Notes: generated by a model from the sequence alone, not told the origin. 64,000 nucleotides of DNA from Candidatus Shapirobacteria bacterium (GCA_041661765.1 JBAZTV010000002.1:139130-203129); one strand, 5' to 3'. Counted from the stretch's first letter, positions 11,401 through 20,705 are shown. Numbers and translations are program-made.

Positions 11401-14400
11401 TTACTTGTGTCTGTGACAGTATGTCCTGCTAAATCGGTTCCTATAACCTGAATTGTATAAATTCCATCGGCTACAATTTGGTTTGAATTGTTTTTACCAT
11501 CCCAAGAGATGTTTAGAGAATTTGTAATACTAGTAGAACCAAGATCTCTTACCTTAACTCCATGATCATCTAATATATTAATATCAGTATTCACTTCTTC
11601 AGAATAAGTGATATTAATATTTGTACCGGATACAGTATAAAAAGAAAGGGTGGGTGTAATGGTATCAATAATAGTTAAATTATTCTCTATAAAATTTATT
11701 ACGTAATTTGTTCCTGCATTAAGAGAACCTTGGGTAATTAAATAAGCACCTACTTCTTCACCTATTACGCGAGTGAGCGAACCAGATAATGTATCACCAA
11801 TAACCAAAGGTGAATTTGTGTAAGTTAGCGTAGAATCAGAGGTGCCTCTTTCTTTAGTCTGAACGTCAGCAGTGACAGTGATTGGCTTGGCATTTATGGT
11901 GAAGGTGCCAGGTTCAAAAAAAATAAAATAGTTAGTACTAGCGGCATTTGAGGCGGTGATAATGTAATTATTAACATTTTCACCTGTTGTACGGGTTAAA
12001 TTAACTAAGGTATCGAGAGATGTAGCGTCATCATCATTTATAAAACCGCTGTAAGAAGCGGTGAGAATTGGGTCAGTGTCACCATAAGTTTTATTACTAT
12101 TTTGAGCACTTATAATTAAATTTTTCTTATTTATGATAAACGATTGAGAAATATCTGGTGCGGCATTGTAGTTATCATCACCTGTTTGATGTGCAGTGAT
12201 TGTACAGCTGCCAGCTTTATTAATATGAATCATGTTATTTGATACATTACAGCCACCAAAAGCAGTGAAAGACACTAATAATCTGGAAGAGGCTGTGGCA
12301 ATAGTACTCACATTAAAATCAAAATCACCATAAGTTTTATTTTCTAAAGTGTTGAAAAATATATTTTGATCAAGTTTGTTTGTTGTGATATTTACACCAA
12401 CGCTTGCTACTGATTCATTAGTTGTTTCAGTTGCTTTGATTCTAGTGAAAAATGTATATTGGTGGTTTAGATTTAATTCTGTAAAAATTTCACTATCTTG
12501 CCAATTTACGCCATCTTCACTGAATTGATTTAAAACATTTGCAGTCAAAGTAACACTTGTAGTTGTTTTACTTACTAATATTGGTGCTGGTGGTGCCACT
12601 GGCCCATCCGCTTTAGTAATAACTTCGGTTGCAGTACTGGTAATAGAACCTGTCCCTACACCAACCTCTGCTGTTGCGGTTACTGTAATTATTGTTCCAA
12701 TATCAGCTAATCCTACTGTATAAGTGGATGCTGTTGCTCCATCTATATTTATGTCGTTACGTTTCCATTGATATGTTGGTGTCCCTGAGTTGGTTAAGGT
12801 TGGATTTACCATTAATGTGGTACCGAATTTAGTATCTCCTGTGATAACTATTGACCCGCTCATATTTTCAATCATATTAATACTGGTGGTTGTAGCATTA
12901 GAGCTTAGATACCAGTTATTTTGATTATCAAAATTACCACTTTCGGCTCCGACCAGTTTTGCGGAAACATTTATTGACTTACCAGCTAGCTCTGTTTTTG
13001 GAGTTAACGTGAAACGACATTTATAGGTTCCATTGGAATAACTTACTAATGATTGTCTATTGCCATTGATATTACTAAAATTGCTTAACCAAAAAGTAGT
13101 TTGATTATCGGCTAAGGTTAGAGTACCTAAATTAGTTTCACTGTTATCATTATTAATTTTTGTACCAGTAATTACGTAATCTTTTAAATTAATGTCATCA
13201 GGAAAATCAAGAGTTACTTGAGTGTCGACTTTATATTTTGTATCGAGACCAGTTAGATTACCAAAAGCTACATTACCGTCAATACTTGTTTGTTGGCCAG
13301 TGACTGTATTATATGATGATTCTTGAAAATTAATTGTTGGATTGATAATTTTAATACTAATACTTGATTCGTTTGAGGAGGTAAACCAATCTGTAGAATT
13401 GTTAAATTTATTGTCATCTTCAGCGACAACCACTTGATTTGTAATGTTTAGAGTCTTACCAGTAAGTGTAGTTAGATTAATTTTGAATCTGTAATTAATA
13501 TTTTCATTAGAATGATTTACCAAAGATGGTCTGATTTGTTGCATTAAATCATTTATTAACCATAAACTAGTTTGATTTTGGCCTAGAGTAATATTTCCTA
13601 TTGGTGTTTCAATATTGTCATTGACTATATAGCCGTCGATTTGAAGTCCAGCCAGATTAGTGCCAGCATTTAGGTCGATTTTTAAATCACTTTTATATTT
13701 TGAGTCTAAACCAGTGTAATCGCTGAAATTAACAGTATTAGTAAATATTGCCTGAGAATTGGATGAAATAGTTGGTTCTAGACTAGTAATAGTTGAAGTT
13801 ATGCCAATAATATTGACAGAGGAAGTGGCGGTATTAGAAACCATATACCAGTCGGCTGGATTATTAAAATTACCTTCTTCGGCCCCTACAGCTTGGGTGG
13901 ATAAACTGATTATTTTATTAGATAAGCTACTTGGTGGAACAAAAGTGAATTTGCAGGAATAATTTTTATTGGCATAATTTTGTAATGATGGTCTGGCTAC
14001 TTTAGTAAAATCGGATAACCAAACAACTGTTTGATTATCAGTTAAAGTGACATCTCCGATAGAAATTTCTTGTTGTTGACTGTTAAGACAAGTGACATCT
14101 ACATGAAGGTCTTTTAAATTGATACCTTGTGGAGGAATAAGGGTAACTTTTGTATCGATTTTGTATTTTGAATCAAGGTTGCTAAAATCGCCGTTTTCAA
14201 TAGTTGATTCGATAGTAGTAATTTGATTAGGGGCGGTAATATAGTTTGTCTTATCTAAAGATATGGTAAATCCAGCAATATTAACAAGACTATTTATAGT
14301 GTTTGAAGATGTAAACCAATTAGTAGAATTATCAAAATTAGTACTTTCGGCTGAAATAATTTTGGCCGAGACACCAATTGTTTTTCCAACTAAATCACTT

Positions 14401-15992
14401 TTTGGAGTTAAAGTGAAACGACATTTATAGGTTCCATTGGAATAACTTACTAATGATTGTCTATTGCCATTGATATTACTAAAATCGCTTAACCAAAAAG
14501 TAGTTTGATTATCGGCTAAGGTTAGAGTACCTAAATTAGTTTCACTGTTATCATTATTAATTTTTGTACCAGTAATTACGTAATCTTTTAAATTAATGTC
14601 ATCAGGAAAATCAAGAGTTACTTGAGTGTCGACTAAATATTTACTGTCAAGACCAGTTAAATTACCAAAAGTTCCTGTAGTAGTAATGGATCCAGGTGAA
14701 CCGGCGGCAAATGAATAATTGGCTTTATCATTAGTGAAGCCAATATTGGTGTCGATACCATTAATATTTAACTCAGTACCTGGGCTGAGTAGATACCAAT
14801 CATTTGGATTAGTGGTAAATTTATCACTTTCTGCCCCGACTAATTGAGAAGAAATATTCAGACTCTTAGCTGACATACCATCAGGTAATTTAAATTTAAT
14901 AGTGTAAGTTAAAGTTCCATAATTTCGGCCAACAAACATACTGTAATTCATTGATTGTCGACCAAAACCAAACAAATCACTAAATTGACTAATCCAAAAA
15001 CTACTTTGATCGGCAGGTAAAGTATAAGAGCCCATACTTTGGTAATTAGTTGTGCCTTTAACTTCACCAGTCATAGGAATACTGCCAGTGACACCTGTAG
15101 GTCGATTAAAAGTAATTAAAGTATCAAGTTTATATTTAGGATCAATATTAGAAAAATTTCCCAAATTTAAACTGATATAAAGAGTAACATCGGAACCGCT
15201 GGTGGTAGTTATACTAGAAATGCTAGTTGATCTGCCGGGATTTGTATTGCTTTGAGCAAAAATCACTGAAGAATTGGGCATTATTTGATCACTAGTAGGG
15301 ATAAAGATAGTAAAATGATTTAAATTTTTAATAGAAATCGAGGTATCTGTTTTTACAATGGCATTTTCTACTTTTTGAGCAGAATCAATTTTTGAAATTT
15401 CTTCGGCAAATTTTACACTAATATTTTCACCTCTTGATGATACTGGAATTGGCAAAGAAAGATTGTAAGTAAAAGAACCATCTGCCATATCCGAGGTAAT
15501 ACTATAAACTTTTTCTGACAAGGACTCTGTTTGCTCTATTTGTTCTTTAGTAAGAGTTATTTCTTCAATTTTTATATTACCTGCAGGACTAGGAAGCTTG
15601 GTAAAAGTTAATTTTATTTCATTATTTTGAGGAGCAATATATTCTTTATTTAATTCTACTTTTTCAAATGTCCATGGTGAAGGAATATTGGTTGGGGTTG
15701 GGGTTGATTGAATCGTTGGTGTTACCTCGATAGTTGAGGTTATAGTTGGAATTGCAGTCGGTTCAATAGTTGGTATAACTGTTGGTTCTAATAGTTCTGA
15801 TGTTGATGTTGATGTTGGAATTGCAGTTGGTTCAGTAATTTGAACAATTTCAGTGGGAGTGGGGATAGTTTCTTCGGCATAAACTGGTTGAGCAATAAAT
15901 AAAAATGGGGTGAAAGAATTCAATAAAAGAGAGATATTTGCGAGAATGGCAATAAATTTTTTTGCGGATTTTGTTTTAATCATAAAGGTCAA
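8454..15992 (-). CDS. giant secreted surface/adhesin-like repeat protein (2512 aa)
   Basis: The signal peptide is MTFMIKTKSAKKFIAILANISLLLNSFTPFLFIAQPVYA. A Thr/Pro-rich N-terminal linker follows. There are at least 7 copies of a module of about 155 aa with GLDSKYxVDTxVTL, NLKDY, DNQTxFWLSDF and GAExxNFxNxxNWY motifs. Two MBG-like segments (KTYGDFDF, KTYGDTDP) and Ig-like segments are present. A poly-Ser/Asn tract is followed by an FN3-like domain near the C-terminus. No LPXTG motif. Confidence 0.8.
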   Translation of the reverse strand: MTFMIKTKSAKKFIAILANISLLLNSFTPFLFIAQPVYAEETIPTPTEIVQITEPTAIPTSTSTSELLEPTVIPTIEPTAIPTITSTIEVTPTIQSTPTPTNIPSPWTFEKVELNKEYIAPQNNEIKLTFTKLPSPAGNIKIEEITLTKEQIEQTESLSEKVYSITSDMADGSFTYNLSLPIPVSSRGENISVKFAEEISKIDSAQKVENAIVKTDTSISIKNLNHFTIFIPTSDQIMPNSSVIFAQSNTNPGRSTSISSITTTSGSDVTLYISLNLGNFSNIDPKYKLDTLITFNRPTGVTGSIPMTGEVKGTTNYQSMGSYTLPADQSSFWISQFSDLFGFGRQSMNYSMFVGRNYGTLTYTIKFKLPDGMSAKSLNISSQLVGAESDKFTTNPNDWYLLSPGTELNINGIDTNIGFTNDKANYSFAAGSPGSITTTGTFGNLTGLDSKYLVDTQVTLDFPDDINLKDYVITGTKINNDNSETNLGTLTLADNQTTFWLSDFSNINGNRQSLVSYSNGTYKCRFTLTPKSDLVGKTIGVSAKIISAESTNFDNSTNWFTSSNTINSLVNIAGFTISLDKTNYITAPNQITTIESTIENGDFSNLDSKYKIDTKVTLIPPQGINLKDLHVDVTCLNSQQQEISIGDVTLTDNQTVVWLSDFTKVARPSLQNYANKNYSCKFTFVPPSSLSNKIISLSTQAVGAEEGNFNNPADWYMVSNTATSSVNIIGITSTITSLEPTISSNSQAIFTNTVNFSDYTGLDSKYKSDLKIDLNAGTNLAGLQIDGYIVNDNIETPIGNITLGQNQTSLWLINDLMQQIRPSLVNHSNENINYRFKINLTTLTGKTLNITNQVVVAEDDNKFNNSTDWFTSSNESSISIKIINPTINFQESSYNTVTGQQTSIDGNVAFGNLTGLDTKYKVDTQVTLDFPDDINLKDYVITGTKINNDNSETNLGTLTLADNQTTFWLSNFSNINGNRQSLVSYSNGTYKCRFTLTPKTELAGKSINVSAKLVGAESGNFDNQNNWYLSSNATTTSINMIENMSGSIVITGDTKFGTTLMVNPTLTNSGTPTYQWKRNDINIDGATASTYTVGLADIGTIITVTATAEVGVGTGSITSTATEVITKADGPVAPPAPILVSKTTTSVTLTANVLNQFSEDGVNWQDSEIFTELNLNHQYTFFTRIKATETTNESVASVGVNITTNKLDQNIFFNTLENKTYGDFDFNVSTIATASSRLLVSFTAFGGCNVSNNMIHINKAGSCTITAHQTGDDNYNAAPDISQSFIINKKNLIISAQNSNKTYGDTDPILTASYSGFINDDDATSLDTLVNLTRTTGENVNNYIITASNAASTNYFIFFEPGTFTINAKPITVTADVQTKERGTSDSTLTYTNSPLVIGDTLSGSLTRVIGEEVGAYLITQGSLNAGTNYVINFIENNLTIIDTITPTLSFYTVSGTNINITYSEEVNTDINILDDHGVKVRDLGSTSITNSLNISWDGKNNSNQIVADGIYTIQVIGTDLAGHTVTDTSKTITVDTTSPIITLIGDSVININIGSTYIDAGAIAFDNYDNDLKVIITGTVDTKNVGSYVIYYDAVDSSNNTAIQVIRTINVVDTKPQISFGEANYVTAVNQPIIISSSINFGDSTGFSSEYKVDVKISFQSDVNLKGLVINGFVNMGNGATTTFIPIVLNDNQITLWLKDFILQDRPSLVSRSNKNYTAYFYISAPANLAGKSIQVSSVAVVAKDEDFNNPNNWYNSSNIANVNLKIIGSTISFVNNQTNYSITPNSLQTIDSIIGFSDFSGLDSKYLVDTKVDFSPPVGINLKDYIITAIKINNDDTQTVLGTLTLGDNQTSFWLSDFTNIDRRSLVNYSNGTYKVRFIFTPKTNLAGKSMNISAQLIGAEDGNFDNPNNWYVSSNIITANINIIDNIAPIITINDYNHNPTNQDITVTATTNEGSLNTNSHIFTQNGTFDFIATDSVGNVTTETVTISNIDKSPPSIPSASIISGTYATSQTITLSSNGSSIIKYSNSVKLDNCNSGTIYTAPFLIDHSQIISVIACDLLGNMSSNIFSYNITQSIENTKPLVSDQGQLTMSNEIKLDNKSSLDLTSGINTVSGNKVTVDGFEVNLNNYNLGDLSAGVNLTEVKNVGDKSIKVEKAVTLQSSNNESIITLTNNSLNNIKVEIPNSTTILGPLNWNGKIEPPKSISNSGNAPSGFSVNNTAIEVGSPSVILLFDKPISIILNNVTGDVAYRPAGSNNWTRISQKCGGSYDNPNNPIFPGECYISNGINTKIFTYHFTTFAGLTKNSASSSSNNSSSSSSSNNSSSSSSSNNSSSSCSSSVCNDSKPESAPVLISARVTGFNEVTLTWKPAKGSVTYYLVAYGNKPGQMIYGNPNVGGRDTLSYTVKGLSIKNRYYFKVRAGNGCTPGDFSNEVSVVVTKGGSYVNQAVGFYPNVLGASTVNKRIKKPLNSNLIIPESTPKGVTPTEIQKQSDNSNKLFDYIKKIFSKFFF
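8989..9068. repeat. 27-bp tandem repeat, about 2.9 units
   Basis: gatgaattatttgaagaagatgaacta is repeated head-to-tail. On the minus strand it encodes the SSSNNSSSS low-complexity tract of the giant protein. Confidence 0.8.
13021..13270. repeat. intragenic direct repeat, copy 1 (about 250 bp, near-identical to 14408-14680)
   Basis: Runs of more than 200 bp are identical with only a few mismatches. It encodes VDTQVTLDFPDDINLKDYVITGTKINNDNSETNLGTLTLADNQTTFWLS... Confidence 0.8.
14408..14680. repeat. intragenic direct repeat, copy 2
   Basis: The same sequence as 13021-13270, 1387 bp downstream. This corresponds to a protein super-repeat of about 462 aa. Confidence 0.8.
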
Positions 15993-16173
15993 CTTTGAGC
16001 AGATTAACTTAAATAATCTAGTAATGAGCGTATTGTATATTTTTTTTATAGGTTTACAAGAAGCTAAAATTGTTTATTTTTAAAAAAAATCTAATATTTT
16101 TTTACAAAAAAATATATTCAAACATATCAATATGACCTATAAAAACGACAAATATTTCAATAAAAACTATATA

Positions 16174-17427
16174 TTATACGATCTTTTTTCTTTTTAAACC
16201 AAAAATCATAACCGCTAACATTACCAACTCACTAATTATTAAACTCCATCCAGCTTGAACAAATCCAAACTTTGGAATCAGAAGATAATTAATAGTCAGA
16301 TCAACTAGCATCCCAATTAAAACCGACCAAAAAACTATTTTTTGTTTCTTTTGAATCACTAATAAATTTCCCGCAAAAACCCTAAAATAATTAATTACTC
16401 CCGACCAAACCAACAAACTCATCACCCAAGCCGACACAATAAATGATGATCCATAAATCAATTTTACAATCAATTCTCTTTGCCAAGTTATCAACATCGC
16501 CAATGGAATCAACCCTAAAAGTGACAATCCAATTATCAATTTAATTAATTTATTAACCGTTTCCTTTTTATTTTCGTGAATTAAAACCGTAATTCTTGGA
16601 AAAATAGCATAATTAATCACATTTACACTTTGAAAAGCAAAAAGGATTTTATAAGCTGTTTGATACCATCCAACTTGATTATTTCCAAAATATCGGCCAA
16701 TTAATAAAGTATCATTATTGGCATAAACAACCATTGCCGCTGTCATTCCAAAAAGAGGAAGTGCTTCTTTTACTAATTCCTTCCAAAAATCAAAATCAAA
16801 AGCTATTTTAATTTTGATTTTCAATAAACTCATTTGCCAAATTCCCAAAATTATGGAGAATATTGTCGCCACCATATAACCCAAAACCAAATGAATTGCA
16901 GTTCCATGAAAACTAATAATTAACAATGCTGTTATCAAGGTTCCAACATAAAAAACCATTCTGTTAAAAAAAACCATTTCCATTTTTTCCCAAGCTTGAA
17001 AAATTGCAATAAATACTCCCTGAAAAATTGAAATCAAACTAAAAATTAAAGTTACTAATAATAACTGCATCGAAACTGGATTTCTAACAAACAAAAAAGA
17101 AATTACAAATAATAATCCAATTAAAACCGATAGCGCCAATTTCAATCCCATCAAATTACTTAAATACTTTTCAGTCAAATTTCTATGTTTTGCCACCTCA
17201 CGAGTAGTAATCGTCGTCAATCCAAAATCAGACAAAATCATAAATATGGCAATATAAGCAAAAGACAAATTAAAAGCTCCAAATTCCTGCGCCCCCCAAT
17301 ATCTCACCAACCCAACCGTTACAAAAAATAATAATATTTTTGAAAAAAATTCAACCGCCCCCAGCCAAAAAGTATTTTTGATTAATAACTGCCTATTCGA
17401 CAATTCCTCGTTATTGTTAAAAATCAT
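16174..17427 (-). CDS. wzx: polysaccharide/O-antigen flippase (Wzx, MOP superfamily)
   Basis: 417 aa with about 12 TM helices. The N-terminus NRQLLIKNTFWLGAVEFFSKILLFFVTVGLVRYWGAQEFGAFNLSFAYIAIF is typical Wzx/RfbX. Confidence 0.7.
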   Translation of the reverse strand: MIFNNNEELSNRQLLIKNTFWLGAVEFFSKILLFFVTVGLVRYWGAQEFGAFNLSFAYIAIFMILSDFGLTTITTREVAKHRNLTEKYLSNLMGLKLALSVLIGLLFVISFLFVRNPVSMQLLLVTLIFSLISIFQGVFIAIFQAWEKMEMVFFNRMVFYVGTLITALLIISFHGTAIHLVLGYMVATIFSIILGIWQMSLLKIKIKIAFDFDFWKELVKEALPLFGMTAAMVVYANNDTLLIGRYFGNNQVGWYQTAYKILFAFQSVNVINYAIFPRITVLIHENKKETVNKLIKLIIGLSLLGLIPLAMLITWQRELIVKLIYGSSFIVSAWVMSLLVWSGVINYFRVFAGNLLVIQKKQKIVFWSVLIGMLVDLTINYLLIPKFGFVQAGWSLIISELVMLAVMIFGLKRKKIV

Positions 17428-17432
17428 TTTTT

Positions 17433-18410
17433 TTAATCAGATTTATTCAATTGTTTATGCCAATTCCAAGCGCTTGAGATTATAGTTTCTAAATCAAAAT
17501 ATTTTGGTTCCCATTTTAAAATTTCTCTGGCTTTTTTAGAATCAGCAATTAACTCCGGAGGATCACCAGCTCGACGATCAACCTCTGTCACTTTAAAATC
17601 AACACCTGTTACCTTTTTAGCCACTTCAATAACTTGCTTAACCGAAAAACCACTTCCATTACCCAAATTAAAACTATCACTTTCACCACCATCTATTAAT
17701 TTTTTAAGAGCCAAAATATGAGCTTGGGCCAAATCAGTTACATGAACATAATCACGTATACATGTTCCATCTGTAGTCGGATAATCTGTTCCAAAAATTT
17801 TTATATCTTCTCTTTTTCCCAATGCTGCATCCAAAATTAACGGAATCAAATGAGATTCTGGGTTATGATTTTCACCAATTTCGCCATCAAGATCAGCTCC
17901 ACAAGCATTAAAATATCTTAAAGCCACATATTTCAGTCCATAAGCCACATCATAATCAGCCAAAATTTTTTCTACCATTAATTTAGCCTGTCCATAAGGA
18001 TTAATTGGAATTTGTAAATGCTTTTCATCTATTGGAGAATATTGTGGATTACCAAAAGTTGCCGCTGTTGAAGAAAAAATTATTTTTTTAACATCATTTT
18101 CCAACATTACTTGAAATAAATTCAAAGTATTAGCCACATTATTTTTATAGTATTTTTGTGGATCTTTTACTGATTCACCAACCTCAATAAAAGCCGCAAA
18201 ATGTAAAATTGCATCAATTGGATATTTTTTAAATACTCCTCTAATGTCTTCAATATTTCCTAAATCGCCTTGAAAAAAATCACCCCATTTCACCGCCTCT
18301 TTATGTCCTTTAATTAAACTGTCAAAAACCACCGTCGTATAACCCTGTTTGTTTAATTCTTTATTGATATGGGATCCAATATATCCCGCCCCACCTACAA
18401 TTAAAATCAT
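17433..18410 (-). CDS. galE: UDP-glucose 4-epimerase
   Basis: MILIVGGAGYIGSHINKEL, a YxxxK active site, and a length of 325 aa. Confidence 0.85.
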   Translation of the reverse strand: MILIVGGAGYIGSHINKELNKQGYTTVVFDSLIKGHKEAVKWGDFFQGDLGNIEDIRGVFKKYPIDAILHFAAFIEVGESVKDPQKYYKNNVANTLNLFQVMLENDVKKIIFSSTAATFGNPQYSPIDEKHLQIPINPYGQAKLMVEKILADYDVAYGLKYVALRYFNACGADLDGEIGENHNPESHLIPLILDAALGKREDIKIFGTDYPTTDGTCIRDYVHVTDLAQAHILALKKLIDGGESDSFNLGNGSGFSVKQVIEVAKKVTGVDFKVTEVDRRAGDPPELIADSKKAREILKWEPKYFDLETIISSAWNWHKQLNKSD

Positions 18411-18458
18411 AAATTTATTAATTTCTAATTATTAAATTTTATCACCTAAACAACGTTT

Positions 18459-18500
18459 TCCCCTCCTTTCGTCAAAGGAGGGGATTAAGGGGTGGATTTA
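18459..18500. repeat. GC-rich palindromic mini-element, intergenic copy A
   Basis: TCCCCTCCTTT-CGTC-AAAGGAGGGGA is a perfect 11-bp stem (18459-18484). The tail TTAAGGGGTGGATTTA follows and overlaps the metK stop codon. It belongs to the same family as the copies at 20905, 21518 and 22895. Confidence 0.6.
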
Positions 18501-19598
18501 AATTTTTTCCCATGGATACCCATCGTACCCAAAATGTCCATATCTAGCCGTCTTTTGATAAATAGGTCTTTTTAAATCTAATTCATCAATAATTCCTTTA
18601 ACCGACAAATCTAATAAACTCCACACAAAATTTTCAATTGTGGCCAAATCTTTCTTTTCAGTTCCAAAAGTTTCAATTGATTTACCAATTGGATCCCTCT
18701 GTCCAATCACATAGGCTAATTGCACCTCGCACCTATCCGCTAAACCAGCCGCCACTACATTTTTTGCCAAAAATCTAACCGCATAAGCCCCACTTCTATC
18801 TACTTTTGTAGGATCTTTTCCTGAAAAACAACCACCACCAATCCTTCCCATTCCACCATAAGTATCCACCACAATTTTTCGACCAGTCACTCCAGTATCA
18901 CTCGCTGGACCACCAATTTCCCATTGGCCAGTACCATTAAATATAAATTTATTAAAATTAATCTTTTCTAATTTATATTTTTCTAAAATCGGCAAAACAA
19001 CCAATTCGTATAATTTATTTTTTACAAAATCTTTATCCACTCTTAAATCAAATGGCTTAGCTAAAACAATCTTTTTCACCCCCATCACTTTTCCGTTTTC
19101 ATAAGCCACAACTACCTCTGCTTTTCCATCAGGCCTCAAAAAATTTAATTCACCAAATTGCAATTCATCCATCTTTCGGCAAAACTCATGTGATAAAACT
19201 ATTGGCATTGGCATTAATTGCGGAGTTTCATTACAAGCATATCCAAACATCATTCCCTGATCACCAGCTCCATCATTATCTGCTCCCAAGGCAATATCTT
19301 TTGATTGTTGATGAATTGCCACATCAAAAACAGCATTTTTATTAAAACAAAACTCTGCCTTGTTGTAGCCTAAATTTTCAATAACCTGCTGTGCTATTTT
19401 TTGATAATTCAATGCAAAATTACAAGTCACTTCCCCAGCCATCGTCACTTTATTAGTTGTTACTAAAGTCTCAACTGCCACTCTCGAATTTTTATCAAAA
19501 GTTAATGCGGTATCTAATACTGCATCAGAAATCTGGTCACAAATTTTATCGGGATGACCAGCACATACCGATTCAGAAACAAAAAGGGGATAGTTCAT
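18498..19598 (-). CDS. metK: S-adenosylmethionine synthetase
   Basis: The protein starts MNYPLFVSESVCAGHPDKICDQISDAVLD. A perfect AGGAGG RBS lies 6 nt upstream of the ATG at 19598. The ORF-track start at 19646 is an upstream extension. Confidence 0.9.
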   Translation of the reverse strand: MNYPLFVSESVCAGHPDKICDQISDAVLDTALTFDKNSRVAVETLVTTNKVTMAGEVTCNFALNYQKIAQQVIENLGYNKAEFCFNKNAVFDVAIHQQSKDIALGADNDGAGDQGMMFGYACNETPQLMPMPIVLSHEFCRKMDELQFGELNFLRPDGKAEVVVAYENGKVMGVKKIVLAKPFDLRVDKDFVKNKLYELVVLPILEKYKLEKINFNKFIFNGTGQWEIGGPASDTGVTGRKIVVDTYGGMGRIGGGCFSGKDPTKVDRSGAYAVRFLAKNVVAAGLADRCEVQLAYVIGQRDPIGKSIETFGTEKKDLATIENFVWSLLDLSVKGIIDELDLKRPIYQKTARYGHFGYDGYPWEKI

Positions 19599-19651
19599 AT
19601 TTTTCCTCCTGTTAATTAATAAAGAGGCTTGTCTTTCTACTTTCATAGAAA

Positions 19652-19697
19652 AAGCACCGCGAGTCCAAAATTTCAGACCTCGGTTGCTGTCCTGATT
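19652..19697 (-). terminator. possible intrinsic terminator of the upstream membrane-protein gene
   Basis: On the minus strand an imperfect stem ACCGAGGTC...GACTCGCGGT is followed by GCTTTTT. Confidence 0.25.
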
Positions 19698-19739
19698 TTT
19701 TTTAAATCAAAACTCCTGACAAAGCAAATTAATACTAAA

Positions 19740-20705
19740 CTATTCATTATGAACTTTCAACTTTCCTTTAGTTTCTTTATCAAAAAACAATAAAATTCCA
19801 CCAAATAAAGAATTAATCACTCCTAAAATCCCTAAAAAGGCTGACATTAATAAAATACTTTCACTTGAACTACTAAATTGAGAAAAGAAAAATAAATATA
19901 GCTGTTCTCTCGCTCCAAAACCTCCAATTGAAATTGGTAAAACTAAAATCATCGAGATTATTGGAATAAAAACAAAAACTGCAAAAAGACTCAAATTAAT
20001 ACCAAATTGCCACGCCACAAACCAAATTTGCAAAATATAAAATAATTCACTTAAAAACGACACAAAAAGACATTTTATTATCTGAATTTTATTTTTATCT
20101 TTAAATAATTCAAAAGCATCATCCAACCTATGTAATAAAGTAAATTTGGGTAGTAATTTAGATACATCAAAAAAATAAATAATAAAATAAACCACAAAAC
20201 AAGCCCCGTTTAAAATAATTAATAAATAAAAGATTGTTTCTGGAATAATTAATCCTTTATTTACACCAATAAATGCCGATATTAAGCCCAAAATCATAAA
20301 AATTGAAAATCCTATAAACCTATCCAAAACTACCGATCCTAATATTTTTGTTTTTGAAATTTTTGGATATTCACCATCAATTACAATCCATTTTGCCACT
20401 TCACCCACAACCGCCGTTGAAAAAAACAATGAATAAAAAGTGGCCAAAAAATTAGCCCGAGAAAAAGTCAAAAAAGTTTTTACCTCAATTTTAGGAAACA
20501 ATAACAAACTCCATCGAACAGAAATTAAAACTACTATTAAAAAACTAAAAATTATATTTACAAGAACAAACCAAAATGGAACATTTTTTACATCATCAAA
20601 GAGTTTAATAATATCAACTTTTCTAAATGCAAAATAAATTAAAACTACTGAAAAAAATAATCTAAATAATCTCGACTTAAAAATTTTTTTAAAAATTTCC
20701 AACAT
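19740..20705 (-). CDS. flippase-like / lysylphosphatidylglycerol-synthase-TM-like membrane protein (UPF0104-like)
   Basis: 321 aa with 7-8 TM helices and a basic N-terminus. It is transcribed divergently from the GT operon. Confidence 0.4.
   Translation of the reverse strand: MLEIFKKIFKSRLFRLFFSVVLIYFAFRKVDIIKLFDDVKNVPFWFVLVNIIFSFLIVVLISVRWSLLLFPKIEVKTFLTFSRANFLATFYSLFFSTAVVGEVAKWIVIDGEYPKISKTKILGSVVLDRFIGFSIFMILGLISAFIGVNKGLIIPETIFYLLIILNGACFVVYFIIYFFDVSKLLPKFTLLHRLDDAFELFKDKNKIQIIKCLFVSFLSELFYILQIWFVAWQFGINLSLFAVFVFIPIISMILVLPISIGGFGAREQLYLFFFSQFSSSSESILLMSAFLGILGVINSLFGGILLFFDKETKGKLKVHNE

Noticed and set aside
1322-13962. Small antisense ORFs listed in the track (for example 1322-1519, 5670-5867, 7501-7791, 8191-8457, 11010-11276, 13759-13962, and similar ones later in the window)
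   Set aside because: All lie entirely inside well-supported genes on the opposite strand. They have low-complexity translations and no start signals. They are treated as spurious.
15993-16173. AT-rich 180-bp region between the giant gene start and the wzx stop as a possible sRNA or mobile scar
   Set aside because: There are only simple A/T tracts and no conserved structure. It is most likely the promoter and leader of the giant gene.
19599-19740. Possible SAM riboswitch in the 140-nt metK leader on the minus strand
   Set aside because: The leader contains GCAACC and GGTGC fragments. It lacks the SAM-I core (GGUGGAGGGA kink-turn, GCCCGAUGAAACCC). It fits no SAM-II, IV or VI pattern I can recognise. 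It more likely holds the terminator of the upstream gene plus the metK promoter.
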